Of a stretch of DNA of 64,000 nt, positions 9,103 through 19,041 are shown piece by piece. The notes below the pieces were generated by a model that was given only the letters and a program-made list of their open reading frames with translations, had not been told where the DNA came from and searched no databases. Positions within the stretch are counted from its first letter, which is position 1, and the number at the start of each line of letters is the position of its first letter. The position numbers and the translations under genes were made by a program. This DNA comes from a virus: the IMG/VR virus record IMGVR_UViG_3300025133_000026; one strand, 5' to 3'.

Positions 9103-11787
9103 CTATGAAATTGTTAACAAATGCAATTTGCTCGCGAAGGGATTCGCTATTGCAGTACCAGAACTTCCGGCCACTGGGTTTATTGTAACAAATGTTGCTC
9201 CATCTAAGCCGCTTGCAGCCACCAAGCTGTCATCTCCTAACCTCCAACCGTAAGGGACTTTTCCACTAGTTCCAAGATAAACTCCTTTCAGATAATCAGG
9301 AAGATCAGCCTGGAGTTGAATTGTATTAGAAAGTACAGTTCCTCCAGATAATGGATCTACAGCAGAGGCTTGAAAAGGAATGCTCCGCGGCGTACTTACC
9401 CAATAAGCTCCAAGATTTGTTTCAACATCAGATTTATTAGGTGTCGCCAAAGCATAATCATACGTTAAGGTTGTTGTTCCATTAGCAACTGTAATCGTTG
9501 TGGGATAGATAGGACGATAAGCACCAAGCTCAGAAGTTACAGGATTGATGGATGTTGTGTCATATATATATAAAACTCTTTTCTTTCCATTTAGTCCAGA
9601 AGCACTCCATTCTGTCCAATCAGTTCTTAGAACACTGACAAAATCTATGTTACTTAGAGTCATCCCAATATTGCGGTCAAGGTAAAGTGTTTTTCCAACC
9701 CAATAAAGAAGAGTTGCACTTTCTCTATCTCCATCTTTACCGTAAATTGTCACAGTGGCCCCATCTAGACTTCTATCACTATAGACTTTGTCAGGATCAA
9801 CAGTAGTGTCATGTAAGAAAGTAGCTTCTATAGAACTTTTTGCTAAGCCTAAACTTACGGCAGTTGTGTATGTGGCTGTATCAATGTCGAGAAGAACACC
9901 AACGGTACCTCTCGATGGATCGTCTTTTGTTACTGCATAGATATAAACATCTTCTGGCTCAAGATCTGGATACTCTCCTTGGATTGTTAGAATGCGAGTA
10001 TCTCCAGAGCCAATAGTTATATCTGTTACAAAGGTTCCCAAGAGGTCGAGGTTGGCTCCTAAGCTATAGCTGGCGGTAACTTGACCTTGGGCATTCGTGA
10101 AGCTTGTAAAAGCATTCTGGGCACCATTAAGAAGCCCTACGAATGGGTATATTGTTTCGTCAATAGTTGTTTCAATTTGAGAAACGATATCTCCGTTTCC
10201 ATCATAAGCTGTAGCTGTTAGTAACGCATAATCAGCACCAATATAAAGTGGGCCATATGTGTTTCCAAAAACCTGTTTCTTGTCAGTTTCTAAAGTAAGA
10301 CTAACAATAGAAGACGGGATTCTGGAGATATAGACTATTCCGCGCGGGTCAGGGTTACTTACTGGTCGAAGGTCAACATCTTTTCCAAGAAGAGTTGTTG
10401 GTTCGTCAGCAAGACCATACTCAATTCTTGGCGTTGTCGAATATCCCATGTAGATAGCTTCGCTGCTTGTTGGGACTGCACCGGACCTCTGCCAGGTAAT
10501 AGATACACCTTGAAGATGAGTAGCAGCTATTGTAGAGGCATGCCCTCGTTCACATTGTAAAAGTTGAGTTGTATTTCGTCCAACATAACGAACAAGTTCA
10601 TCCCCTGTCTTAATGATTCCCTTCTTCGGCCAATGTTCAATGTCGCCAATAACATTAATCATTGTGTCTGTGTCGGAAATAGTCAAGCCCAAGGCAATCT
10701 TGTCTTCGTACATTGCTGATCCAAAAGTCAAAGTTCCAAGATCAAAATCTATTGAATAGACTTTGTCACTGGGCCCATGATTAGTTAAATCATTTGAGGT
10801 AGCCTGCAGCCAGAGAGTATCATCAACATAAACCAAATGGTTTGCCTGAGACCCAGAAAGAGTATCGTTGGGAGATACTGGGAAGTACTTTGTAAAGTAC
10901 TTCTGTAAACTCCCTCCAGAGCTTGTTCCTAGCTTTTCTAACAATAATTCAGGACCATTTGTGAACTGGGCAAGATAGGAAGCATCTGTTCTTCCTACAG
11001 TAAAAGCAAAGTTTTGATTAAAGTAAAGGTTTTTGTTTTCTTGATCATAGAATAATTCATACTTGTGAAAAGAATCTACCTTTGTATAATCGGGCAGTCC
11101 ATCCGAAGTTAGAGTACTTTCTCTTCCAGAACTTGTTAGTGTTCCCGTAAACTCACTAACCAACTCTGCGATTCGATAAGGAAAGGCACTGAGATTATCT
11201 TCTCGCCTGTAGATTCCAGCAATAATTGGGCTTGAGGTCGATGGTTCAAACTCAAGAGTTATTTTATCTGTAGTTACATCGAAGCCAGACACAAAGCCTA
11301 CATAAAGAGAATGCATTACATGCTTATCTCCAAACAAGAAATAAGGCTGATGATGACTATAATAGTAGCCTTCATCAATTCTTGGAAGCCAGGATTTTTT
11401 TCGTTCATCATCTTTCCAGAAACGAACTAGCTCAGAAACAGAACAGTCTTCCGTCTTCTCTCCAACACCAGAATGCCAGTGGGCTTCTTTTGTCCCATTA
11501 TGTAGCTGGTGGGAGATATTTCCTACAGTTCCCGGAAGAAAAGTCTTTTTGTCTTCTAGGTCAACCCAGCGATTTATATCAAATTTAAATCCCTTGTATG
11601 GGTGATCGCTTTTCCACGGCATGTCTGCAATGTCATTGTAAGGGCCAACAATAGGTAGTTTCTCTGAAGTAACAAAGACATCTTGTCTTAAAGATAAACT
11701 TACAGTTCCAGAAGTGATAACTGCGCCACTTCCTCCTAAACCAGATGTAATGGGATTACCGCCTAATCCACTAGTAACAACAGACAT
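9103..11787 (-). CDS. Large baseplate/tail protein with Ig-like (Big_1-like) segment (894 aa)
   Basis: LLTATAYDGNGD...FTNAQGQVTASY is an Ig group 1-like pattern; YSIDFDLGTLTFG baseplate module. Confidence 0.55.
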   Translation of the reverse strand: MSVVTSGLGGNPITSGLGGSGAVITSGTVSLSLRQDVFVTSEKLPIVGPYNDIADMPWKSDHPYKGFKFDINRWVDLEDKKTFLPGTVGNISHQLHNGTKEAHWHSGVGEKTEDCSVSELVRFWKDDERKKSWLPRIDEGYYYSHHQPYFLFGDKHVMHSLYVGFVSGFDVTTDKITLEFEPSTSSPIIAGIYRREDNLSAFPYRIAELVSEFTGTLTSSGRESTLTSDGLPDYTKVDSFHKYELFYDQENKNLYFNQNFAFTVGRTDASYLAQFTNGPELLLEKLGTSSGGSLQKYFTKYFPVSPNDTLSGSQANHLVYVDDTLWLQATSNDLTNHGPSDKVYSIDFDLGTLTFGSAMYEDKIALGLTISDTDTMINVIGDIEHWPKKGIIKTGDELVRYVGRNTTQLLQCERGHASTIAATHLQGVSITWQRSGAVPTSSEAIYMGYSTTPRIEYGLADEPTTLLGKDVDLRPVSNPDPRGIVYISRIPSSIVSLTLETDKKQVFGNTYGPLYIGADYALLTATAYDGNGDIVSQIETTIDETIYPFVGLLNGAQNAFTSFTNAQGQVTASYSLGANLDLLGTFVTDITIGSGDTRILTIQGEYPDLEPEDVYIYAVTKDDPSRGTVGVLLDIDTATYTTAVSLGLAKSSIEATFLHDTTVDPDKVYSDRSLDGATVTIYGKDGDRESATLLYWVGKTLYLDRNIGMTLSNIDFVSVLRTDWTEWSASGLNGKKRVLYIYDTTSINPVTSELGAYRPIYPTTITVANGTTTLTYDYALATPNKSDVETNLGAYWVSTPRSIPFQASAVDPLSGGTVLSNTIQLQADLPDYLKGVYLGTSGKVPYGWRLGDDSLVAASGLDGATFVTINPVAGSSGTAIANPFASKLHLLTIS

Positions 11788-11795
11788 CTAGCCCC

Positions 11796-12308
11796 TTATG
11801 TGGTAGGAACTCTAGAGTAAGGTTGTTGCGAAGTAGCTTCACCGTCCGCGTCGAATAAGTCGAACGTATTGGTTAGTAAACCACTAGAATCATAGAATTT
11901 CAATTGATTGTCAGCTATCTCCCATTTTCCAACAAGGACATCTACTGTTTGGTTCATCTTAGAAAGGGCTGTTACAACATTACTGGCCACTGTGTCCAGT
12001 GTTGCGGATATATTGTTTGTAAGCTCGTGAGCATTATCAAATTTTGTAATTTCACCATGAATAAAACGTTCACTAGCCTCGGCAATACCCGCGCCGGCAT
12101 CTATGGTAAAAACTACCTTTTCCACACCACTGTATTTTGCTGCGTCCCAATTTACAACAAATTTATAATGACCATTACCTATTTCTGAAATAGTTTCAGG
12201 GGTGATTGCTGCACCGGACAAAACATTTCGAAAGGAGCCAAAGGTCGGGGTCAAGCCTGTCGCCACCGACCCAGAATCTGTGATTGTAAGAGAATAAGTT
12301 TCTGACAT
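11796..12308 (-). CDS. Virion accessory protein (170 aa)
   Basis: ORF track; C-terminal GKWEIADNQLKFYD...FDLFDADG motif; lies among tail genes. Confidence 0.5.
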   Translation of the reverse strand: MSETYSLTITDSGSVATGLTPTFGSFRNVLSGAAITPETISEIGNGHYKFVVNWDAAKYSGVEKVVFTIDAGAGIAEASERFIHGEITKFDNAHELTNNISATLDTVASNVVTALSKMNQTVDVLVGKWEIADNQLKFYDSSGLLTNTFDLFDADGEATSQQPYSRVPTT

Positions 12309-12366
12309 TATGATTTCCTAACAACTTTTTAATTTGACTTGCAAGCACTCTGAGTCTATCACTCAT

Positions 12367-13476
12367 CTACTCTAGTACGTCCCAGACTTTGACCCACAGC
12401 TTCTCGGCGTGCGCGATCTGGTCAGAGCGGTTGCCAGCCTTGCCGACAACTACTGCTGCCGTGCTAACGGCGAGATAGTTTGCGGTTGTGGCCGCCATGT
12501 TAAAGCCGAGAAGGGTATTGGTGTCCTTAGCGCTAGCCCACGAACCACCCGAGAATGCGGTCTGGTAGTCGGCTGCGTCCGTACTGTAGTAGACCTCGAC
12601 CTGGTTCGGATTCAGCAGGCGAAGCCCCATCACGCGGGTCTTTGCCCCAGGTAGTGGTCCACTGGAATCGTTCGACAGAGCGTTGTTTTGGAGCCTGGTG
12701 CACTCCACCTCTTCGACACCACCATTGTCGAAGCCCGCCTTGATCAGAAGGGCATCAGACCCCGCATCACCGGGCAGGGTGGTTGGGTCACAGATTCCAA
12801 ACACCGCCTGCGCGAAGCCCAGGGTGAAGGTGTCGTTGGCGAGGAGCAGCTGGAGGTCCACCACCTGCCGGCTGTCTACGTAGGCGGCAACGAGGTCGGA
12901 GATCAAGATGTGGATGTTCGGCCCACGGGAGGTGGTGGTGCTCTCCCAATGTCTGGTGCCGGTGTTAGTCATTTTCAAACCAGTGCCATTGATCACTTGG
13001 AAGTCGGACGTGTAGATCATGGCTTCGGCGGTCCACGTCTTGGAGTCGAGTGTGATGCTGCCGTCGCCAGCCGCATCGATGTCGAGGCTCGCCTCGGTTG
13101 TAAAGTCGAGCTCGTACTCGTTAGAACCCCAACTCGTTCCGCCTGCGCCAGCCCGAAGTGTTCGGCTGGTTTCTTGTGAATCAGAGTCTACTGTCACTGT
13201 ACATCTAATTTCCCAAGACCCCAGGGCATCGGGAGTAAAGGTTGGCGTCTCAACATTTGCATCGCTAAATTGAGTTGTACTGGCCGACCCATCGGTAGGA
13301 TCGATACAAGACCAGGACCAGGCCGTCGCCGTGCCTCCTGTAACGGTTGGAGCAACTTGTACTTCTGCCCCAAGCGCGGGCTGGGTTGCATCAGCAGCGA
13401 GCCCAACAGTCCATTGTGCACCACCACCGGATACAACACTTTTGAAGATTTTCCCTTTTTTATGGAATCCTGACAT
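12367..13476 (-). CDS. GC-rich accessory virion protein, N-terminal PKD/Ig-like domain plus beta-sandwich C-terminus (369 aa)
   Basis: TAWSWS...FSDANVETPTFTPDALGSWEIRCTVT is PKD-like. A sampled 60-nt line (12781) is 37/60 GC versus 20/60 at line 12001. Confidence 0.55.
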   Translation of the reverse strand: MSGFHKKGKIFKSVVSGGGAQWTVGLAADATQPALGAEVQVAPTVTGGTATAWSWSCIDPTDGSASTTQFSDANVETPTFTPDALGSWEIRCTVTVDSDSQETSRTLRAGAGGTSWGSNEYELDFTTEASLDIDAAGDGSITLDSKTWTAEAMIYTSDFQVINGTGLKMTNTGTRHWESTTTSRGPNIHILISDLVAAYVDSRQVVDLQLLLANDTFTLGFAQAVFGICDPTTLPGDAGSDALLIKAGFDNGGVEEVECTRLQNNALSNDSSGPLPGAKTRVMGLRLLNPNQVEVYYSTDAADYQTAFSGGSWASAKDTNTLLGFNMAATTANYLAVSTAAVVVGKAGNRSDQIAHAEKLWVKVWDVLE

Positions 13477-13913
13477 TAGCGTAGTCCTTCGGCAATCACA
13501 CGCCCTAGTTTCTTGTTTAAAGTAATTGTAGTCACTCCATCAGGTCGATCAAGACGTCCAGAGATAAAACGTTCACTATCTTCTGCGCCGGCGGCATCAA
13601 GGTAATGAACTGTCACAGTTTGGGCGCCGACTCCAGCTGCATTATCATTCGCATGTTCTGAAACTACTGACATCTGTTCCCCAGCATCGTCGGGAAAAGG
13701 AATACGAGTATGAGATGTTGGGGCGGGCGTTAAGTCATTACCACGCCACAAGTCTTCTCCTGTGATCGTTGTTCCTATGCTTTCTCGTTCCGCCATCGCC
13801 TCCATAATTCTACAGCCAGGAATTAGACTCATCTGAACTTTACGAATAAAATCAAAATCTTGCCTACCGTGCGCCCTGGAAGAACCACCTAAGACTACTG
13901 TTTTTACAGACAT
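13476..13913 (-). CDS. Probably truncated or chimeric virion accessory protein (145 aa)
   Basis: EDLW...P..A.QMSVVSEHANDNAAGVGAQTVTVHYLD resembles the N-terminal half of a longer phage beta-barrel protein family. The C-terminus resembles part of the 170-aa gene. Confidence 0.4.
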   Translation of the reverse strand: MSVKTVVLGGSSRAHGRQDFDFIRKVQMSLIPGCRIMEAMAERESIGTTITGEDLWRGNDLTPAPTSHTRIPFPDDAGEQMSVVSEHANDNAAGVGAQTVTVHYLDAAGAEDSERFISGRLDRPDGVTTITLNKKLGRVIAEGLR

Positions 13914-14813
13914 TTATTCACCCCAGGTTCTTTTGTGAACAGAAATAAGTTCATTAATGATCTCAGCACCTTCTGCGGTTGGTAATTCACGAACTGTATT
14001 CCCATCATCATCCGTATGAGCTTCTAATAATATTTCCTGAACATCGGGATTGTAAACAGTTTGAATTGCAATCGGAGACCATTTTAAAAGCAATGGGAAC
14101 CGATGATATGAAAAGCTCACAGTTCCTTCTATAGGATTATAAGTGTGTAGTTTTCCTTCTTCATAGTTTATCATATACTCCTCTGGTGCACTTGGGGTTG
14201 AAGAAACCTCTGTTCTTAATCCAGTTGCCTCTGAAAAGAGTACAGAACTGCCAAGATAATTTCCAACCTTAAGAACATCGTCAAAGTTATTAATCTTGGA
14301 AGCTCTTAGTGGATAACCGTAACTATAAATCTCTGAAGAGACCTGCTCTAATTGCAAGCTTTTGCTATAGTCAGCAACCCCACTGGATGTAATGGTCCAA
14401 TTATCTAAAGCATTAATCAAGTCAAGAACCTGATAAACAAAATATCCGTCAGTTCTGTCTGTTAGGTCTATTTGAAGATCTATAGACTTGCTTTCAAAGT
14501 TAGAATAAAGAGTAAGGTATTTAGGAGTTATAGTAAGCCCTAGATTCGGATTAATGGGGAAGCCATCACTGTCTCTTAGAACATCGACTATAAGTCCGGT
14601 TGTCTGACCATCTAAACCCAGCTCTCTTGTAATTCCATTATAAAGCCCCCTGGAACTCCCAGAGGCTTTATTAATAAATGCGTCAAGGACTCTATCTTTA
14701 TAAACAGGAAGGGTTTCGGAAGGAAGACGGTAAAGATTAAGTAGTTGACCAATTTGATCAATCGTACTTGTAATCTTTTTCTTCTGTGGGGTTCCTGTAA
14801 ACACTACACTCAT
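13914..14813 (-). CDS. Baseplate wedge protein, P2 gpI-like N-terminus (299 aa)
   Basis: IDQIGQLLNLYRLPSETLPVYKDRV...GLYNGITRELGL matches the gpI-type LD..G...R..GE.D..YR.R pattern; follows baseplate J. Confidence 0.65.
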   Translation of the reverse strand: MSVVFTGTPQKKKITSTIDQIGQLLNLYRLPSETLPVYKDRVLDAFINKASGSSRGLYNGITRELGLDGQTTGLIVDVLRDSDGFPINPNLGLTITPKYLTLYSNFESKSIDLQIDLTDRTDGYFVYQVLDLINALDNWTITSSGVADYSKSLQLEQVSSEIYSYGYPLRASKINNFDDVLKVGNYLGSSVLFSEATGLRTEVSSTPSAPEEYMINYEEGKLHTYNPIEGTVSFSYHRFPLLLKWSPIAIQTVYNPDVQEILLEAHTDDDGNTVRELPTAEGAEIINELISVHKRTWGE

Positions 14814-16504
14814 GCTGTCACCGTTACAGAATCATACTCTTCTCTGAAATAAATAACCTTCTGTTCATAATCAATCAAAGAGTAATCATAAAACAAATTT
14901 ACTTTATAAAGCTCATTATCTGTTGTCGCGACACAGAGCTTTTGGTCTGAATTAACTACAAGGCCTTTTGCAGACAAGCCAGCTGGCATCGATAGCTTTC
15001 TATCTATATTCTTAGATAATCTTGTTATCAAAAAAGTATCTGTTTCTGTTTCTTCATCATCAAAAACAGTTTCTAACTTAACCACTCCGAGCCAATTAGT
15101 AGAAGATGTCAAGGTAGTTGAATCAATGTCTACTCTTCGTTCATTCCACCCTGTGAGTTTATTGGACTCAACCCAAGAAGATGTTGCAGAAAGTATATTT
15201 CCAGACCAGTCATGATATGTACGAGTTACTGTTCCGTTCTCGCGGTCATAAATCGTTACACTTAATCTTGTTTTGGAGATAGGACGGACTGGCTTTACTC
15301 TACGAGTGGAAATCTCTATATTTAAAGAAACAGTAGGGAGGAGCCAGTTACTAGGAATATCTAGAATTAATTCACAATCAGGTGTTCGTTCTAACAAAGC
15401 TTTCTGGAGTGCAGTAATTCCAAGACTGTCTTCTTGTTTCTCTTGGAGCAAGCCCAGGGGCTTCGCAGAAAAGAATAGAAGATCGGAAGCAGTAGCGGCA
15501 ACAATTATGTCTGAAAAGGGCAAACGCTCGATGTCAACGATTTCTTCTGTTAGGAAAGTTCCATCTGTATCCAATAAACCATATTCATATTCTGTAGAAA
15601 GTGACCCAAACCCCTGGCTCGCTAAAGCAGCACTTGCAATGTCAGAGATTTGAAACTTGAGATATGGAAGATAACCACCCGAAACTGTCGTGTTGGTTAC
15701 TTCATACCACAGTTGATGTTGTCCATCAATATCCATCCAAATCCATTCGTTTTCTGGAATAACAGATCTATTCATCCCTTTGGTTACTTCTAGAAAAGTT
15801 GCATCGTCATAAATACCTCTGACCTCGATAGAGGCTAGCTCTTTCCATCTATTAATGCTTTTCTTTGTAGTGTTTCTGGTAAAGATTAAGTGTTCTTCTA
15901 TTTCATCTACCTCTTTTATTGGTGTACCTGTAAGAACTACCTTTCCAATTTCGGCATCTCCAGACTCAAGTCTTGAACCAAAAAGCTCGCCGTTTGTTAC
16001 TTCAACATAAACATGGCCTAAATCTTGTAACCCTGTGTCGTTAATTACAGCGTTATCTAAACCAAGAAGACTTGTGCTCTCTAGTATTGTGTTTGAATAA
16101 GAGCTAGACAAAAGAGTAGTTGACAACCTGGTTGGAAATACATTCTTTTTACTAATGCTATAGAACGAAAAAGCATTCGAAGGACTGATTGTTATAGACT
16201 CAGATCCCGACAATGCGACAATCGTAGGAGCAGTCCAGAGAGGCTTTCCAACTCTTTGTTCTGTTGAAGAAAATACAAAATCCTGACCAACACGAAGAAT
16301 ATAAGCAAAGGCTTGCTCATTTAAGTCTGTCTTTTCAATAAAGTAATTATTCCCAACTCTTAGTAACTCTTCAAGAATTTCGTCCATGAAGGACAAACCA
16401 CTATTCATGAATACATGAGCAACAGAGTCTGCTCTCGCTCTTGCACGAGACCAACGTGGGAAATTGTTAAGTGCTCGTTGTGTAGTCCAGGAAAGGTTAC
16501 TCAT
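14810..16504 (-). CDS. Baseplate wedge protein (564 aa)
   Basis: ORF track; between baseplate J and gpI-like genes; ATGA overlap. Confidence 0.55.
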   Translation of the reverse strand: MSNLSWTTQRALNNFPRWSRARARADSVAHVFMNSGLSFMDEILEELLRVGNNYFIEKTDLNEQAFAYILRVGQDFVFSSTEQRVGKPLWTAPTIVALSGSESITISPSNAFSFYSISKKNVFPTRLSTTLLSSSYSNTILESTSLLGLDNAVINDTGLQDLGHVYVEVTNGELFGSRLESGDAEIGKVVLTGTPIKEVDEIEEHLIFTRNTTKKSINRWKELASIEVRGIYDDATFLEVTKGMNRSVIPENEWIWMDIDGQHQLWYEVTNTTVSGGYLPYLKFQISDIASAALASQGFGSLSTEYEYGLLDTDGTFLTEEIVDIERLPFSDIIVAATASDLLFFSAKPLGLLQEKQEDSLGITALQKALLERTPDCELILDIPSNWLLPTVSLNIEISTRRVKPVRPISKTRLSVTIYDRENGTVTRTYHDWSGNILSATSSWVESNKLTGWNERRVDIDSTTLTSSTNWLGVVKLETVFDDEETETDTFLITRLSKNIDRKLSMPAGLSAKGLVVNSDQKLCVATTDNELYKVNLFYDYSLIDYEQKVIYFREEYDSVTVTA

Positions 16505-17787
16505 TATTCAGTTACACTCAAGAAAGAGAATTGAAAGGGCTGTACAAGGCTAGTCTCTGCTATTACAATCTCATGATCTTCTATCTTGTATCCATCAAAA
16601 TCAACACCAAGGGAAGATGTAATCTTTGAGCGCCCAGCAAGTAGTTGCGTCTTTCTTCTTTGGTTTGCTGTGTCTGAAGCCCTGTAAACATAAAGTTCGT
16701 CAAAGAAATCTTTATTGGGTCTGGTTCCGAAAGAAACAATTCGACTATCAACTGCAAGCATTCTTCGGACAAGCCCTTCGAGATCTAGTTCTTGACCAAT
16801 GCCCTGGTCTGCAAAGAAATTATAAATAGAGACCAAGAGATCTTCTTCCATGTTTATTTTTTCATCTGCAGTCAAGGGTTCTGACGTATTTACTCTTGTA
16901 ACAAAACTTAGTCCAACTTTAGGCGGGGCGTAAGCTGTAACGTATTCTCCAGCAGAACTTGTTCTATCTATTGCCGCTTGTGCTTGTGCAACCATAGATG
17001 TTGGGGTTTGATTATCTTGACCCGCAACAAAAACACCAACTGTGCCAATGCCATCGAAGTACTTGTTGATAGAAAAGTCTATAACACCAGGGACAGACAA
17101 AAGAGAAAGTTGCAAGGCCAAGGCGTTAGACGCCTGTAAGGCTGTAGCTGCAATTGAAATTGCATATCTATAATCACTATCAGTTTGCCTGTCAATGCCA
17201 TTGACAATAGCAAATCTATTGGTAACTAGAAGACTGCCCACGCCCGCATTTGTATAAGAAGTAAAGTTATGACTTACCAGAGTATTAGAACCTAGATTTT
17301 GTTCTTTGCCTTCAACAAGTGCCTCTACTCCGACATAACCAATCGTGCTAGCTGAGCTAAGAATTGTTGTTGAGATAACTTGATAAGAAACAGGCTCAGA
17401 AACAACACCACCTGTTCTGCTTTCAATAATAGTTCCAGCAACTATAGTGATATCATTCCCGTTATTAATGCTTCCAAAAGTGCCCCCGCCATCAACATAG
17501 AAAACAATGTTTTCTTCACTAACAAGCGATAGCGCCTTCTTCGCTTCCTTACGTCTCAAACTAAAAAGTCTTCCAATTGAATCAAGATTACGACCTGTTG
17601 CAGATCCTAAAAAAGCCTGATTAAAATTAGACTGAAAGAACTGATAAGCAACAGAAAGCTCAGACCCTAAAGCGTCTGCAATTGCCCGAGCCTTGGATCC
17701 TTTTGGTAAAAAAGTTACTCCACTACCTCGTAAGTTTGAAATAAAAGAGCCAACGATATCGTCATTAGATCTAACTGGGAAAGCCAT
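16504..17787 (-). CDS. Baseplate J-like wedge protein (427 aa)
   Basis: FLGSATGRNLDSIG, VEALVEGKEQN, NGIDRQTDSDYRYAI, LLSVPGV are baseplate J motifs. Confidence 0.85.
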   Translation of the reverse strand: MAFPVRSNDDIVGSFISNLRGSGVTFLPKGSKARAIADALGSELSVAYQFFQSNFNQAFLGSATGRNLDSIGRLFSLRRKEAKKALSLVSEENIVFYVDGGGTFGSINNGNDITIVAGTIIESRTGGVVSEPVSYQVISTTILSSASTIGYVGVEALVEGKEQNLGSNTLVSHNFTSYTNAGVGSLLVTNRFAIVNGIDRQTDSDYRYAISIAATALQASNALALQLSLLSVPGVIDFSINKYFDGIGTVGVFVAGQDNQTPTSMVAQAQAAIDRTSSAGEYVTAYAPPKVGLSFVTRVNTSEPLTADEKINMEEDLLVSIYNFFADQGIGQELDLEGLVRRMLAVDSRIVSFGTRPNKDFFDELYVYRASDTANQRRKTQLLAGRSKITSSLGVDFDGYKIEDHEIVIAETSLVQPFQFSFLSVTE

Positions 17788-18230
17788 TAGATTACTCCTA
17801 AGATATTATTTTCTGAATATTCATAGTAGAATAGCTTCTTGAGGACATGAGAAGATTTATTGCTTACTGTTGGAAGCACAGCCAAGCTAATTTCAATCCC
17901 CAACGTATTAGGCCCAAGAGGAAATACATCAACAGATATATCGCTTGTGTTTATCCCAGAATATGCCTGCAATGCAGAATAAATGCGGATCCTAATTTGT
18001 TCTCCTAGTTCCGAAGAGTTTCTTTCTCCTACAAAGTCTCCAAGGCTTGCTCCTATATATGGGGCATGCTTCCAATCACCCTTGTCAGACTTAACTCTGT
18101 CCACAATGGTTTGTGCAATAGAGTAGAGAGGATCGTTTTGAGTTGAGAGTATATCTCCATTCGGAGAAAGCGCAAAGTCGCCAGCAGTACTATCCCAGAA
18201 TAAATCTATAGCATCATAATCTCTAGGCAT
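17787..18230 (-). CDS. gp25/gpW-like baseplate (sheath initiator) protein (147 aa)
   Basis: GDFALSPNGDIL...IVDRVKSDKGDWKHAPYIGASLGDFVGE pattern; directly precedes baseplate J. Confidence 0.8.
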   Translation of the reverse strand: MPRDYDAIDLFWDSTAGDFALSPNGDILSTQNDPLYSIAQTIVDRVKSDKGDWKHAPYIGASLGDFVGERNSSELGEQIRIRIYSALQAYSGINTSDISVDVFPLGPNTLGIEISLAVLPTVSNKSSHVLKKLFYYEYSENNILGVI

Positions 18231-18565
18231 TAAGTTATTAATCCTTTAAGTTCTATTACAGTAGAGATAAGGGGCTTTAAAGCCTCCAGAGGTAATGAAG
18301 GCTTTAGAACAGGGATGGGGGTTACAGGAGTTGATGGAATAAAAAGAAGGGGCCAGAAGTTAAAACTGGACAATCCTCCAATCTTAATATCATGACTCAT
18401 CTGTTGGAACAAGACTTTGTCTCCTCCAACTGTAGTCCCTCCTGGAGCTACACTGACAAAGGAAGAAGGGTCTGAACTGTTTAATGCAGCCCAGTTTTCT
18501 CCAACTTCAACAGCAGCTTCTGTGTCAGATCTGACCTTATATGTTTTCTTTTGTTCATCAAACAT
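18230..18565 (-). CDS. Small baseplate/spike-associated protein (111 aa)
   Basis: ORF track; position between hub and gp25-like gene; Pro-rich C-terminus. Confidence 0.45.
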   Translation of the reverse strand: MFDEQKKTYKVRSDTEAAVEVGENWAALNSSDPSSFVSVAPGGTTVGGDKVLFQQMSHDIKIGGLSSFNFWPLLFIPSTPVTPIPVLKPSLPLEALKPLISTVIELKGLIT

Positions 18566-18567
18566 TT

Positions 18568-19041
18568 TTATCCTAGAAGCCCACTGCCTAAATCAAATCG
18601 AAGAGCTTTGTGACTATCTGATTTGTCAGGATCTGTGCTGTTTTTTAATGAATTGATTCCAATCAGATGGGCCTCTCCAGTCAAAATTGCAGATCTAGAG
18701 AAAACGATCTCGACTATTCCTCCAACTAGTCCACCACTTCCCATAGCATCAGATCCAATTAGACTTGCGAATACATTTGGATCCATATTTAATGGAAACA
18801 CAGTTTCCCTAATTATAGCACGGTAGCCAGACCCCTCTCCCCTGAGGGGCTCAACCTTAACTCTTACTGTGTTTGAATTAAGGTGATCTCCATACTTTTC
18901 TGTATGCTCTTGACCGGGATAGTAAACAGAAATAACTTGTGCAGGGATTTTATTAGTTTCGTCTCTAATGTTAGATCTAGAGATCTTGTCTTGCATTCTC
19001 TGAAGATCTTGCGCCCCTTTTGTTTTTCTTTTAATAGACAT
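18568..19041 (-). CDS. Putative central spike OB-fold-like protein (157 aa)
   Basis: Synteny (after the hub); beta-rich VRVKVEPL...GGIVEIVF. Confidence 0.35.
   Translation of the reverse strand: MSIKRKTKGAQDLQRMQDKISRSNIRDETNKIPAQVISVYYPGQEHTEKYGDHLNSNTVRVKVEPLRGEGSGYRAIIRETVFPLNMDPNVFASLIGSDAMGSGGLVGGIVEIVFSRSAILTGEAHLIGINSLKNSTDPDKSDSHKALRFDLGSGLLG

Noticed and set aside
12309-12366. Short ATG-initiated frame MSDRLRVLASQIKKLL resembling the start of the 576-aa fibre (MSDKLRDL)
   Set aside because: The similarity is only about 8 residues and the frame runs out of register into the next gene. At most it is a remnant.
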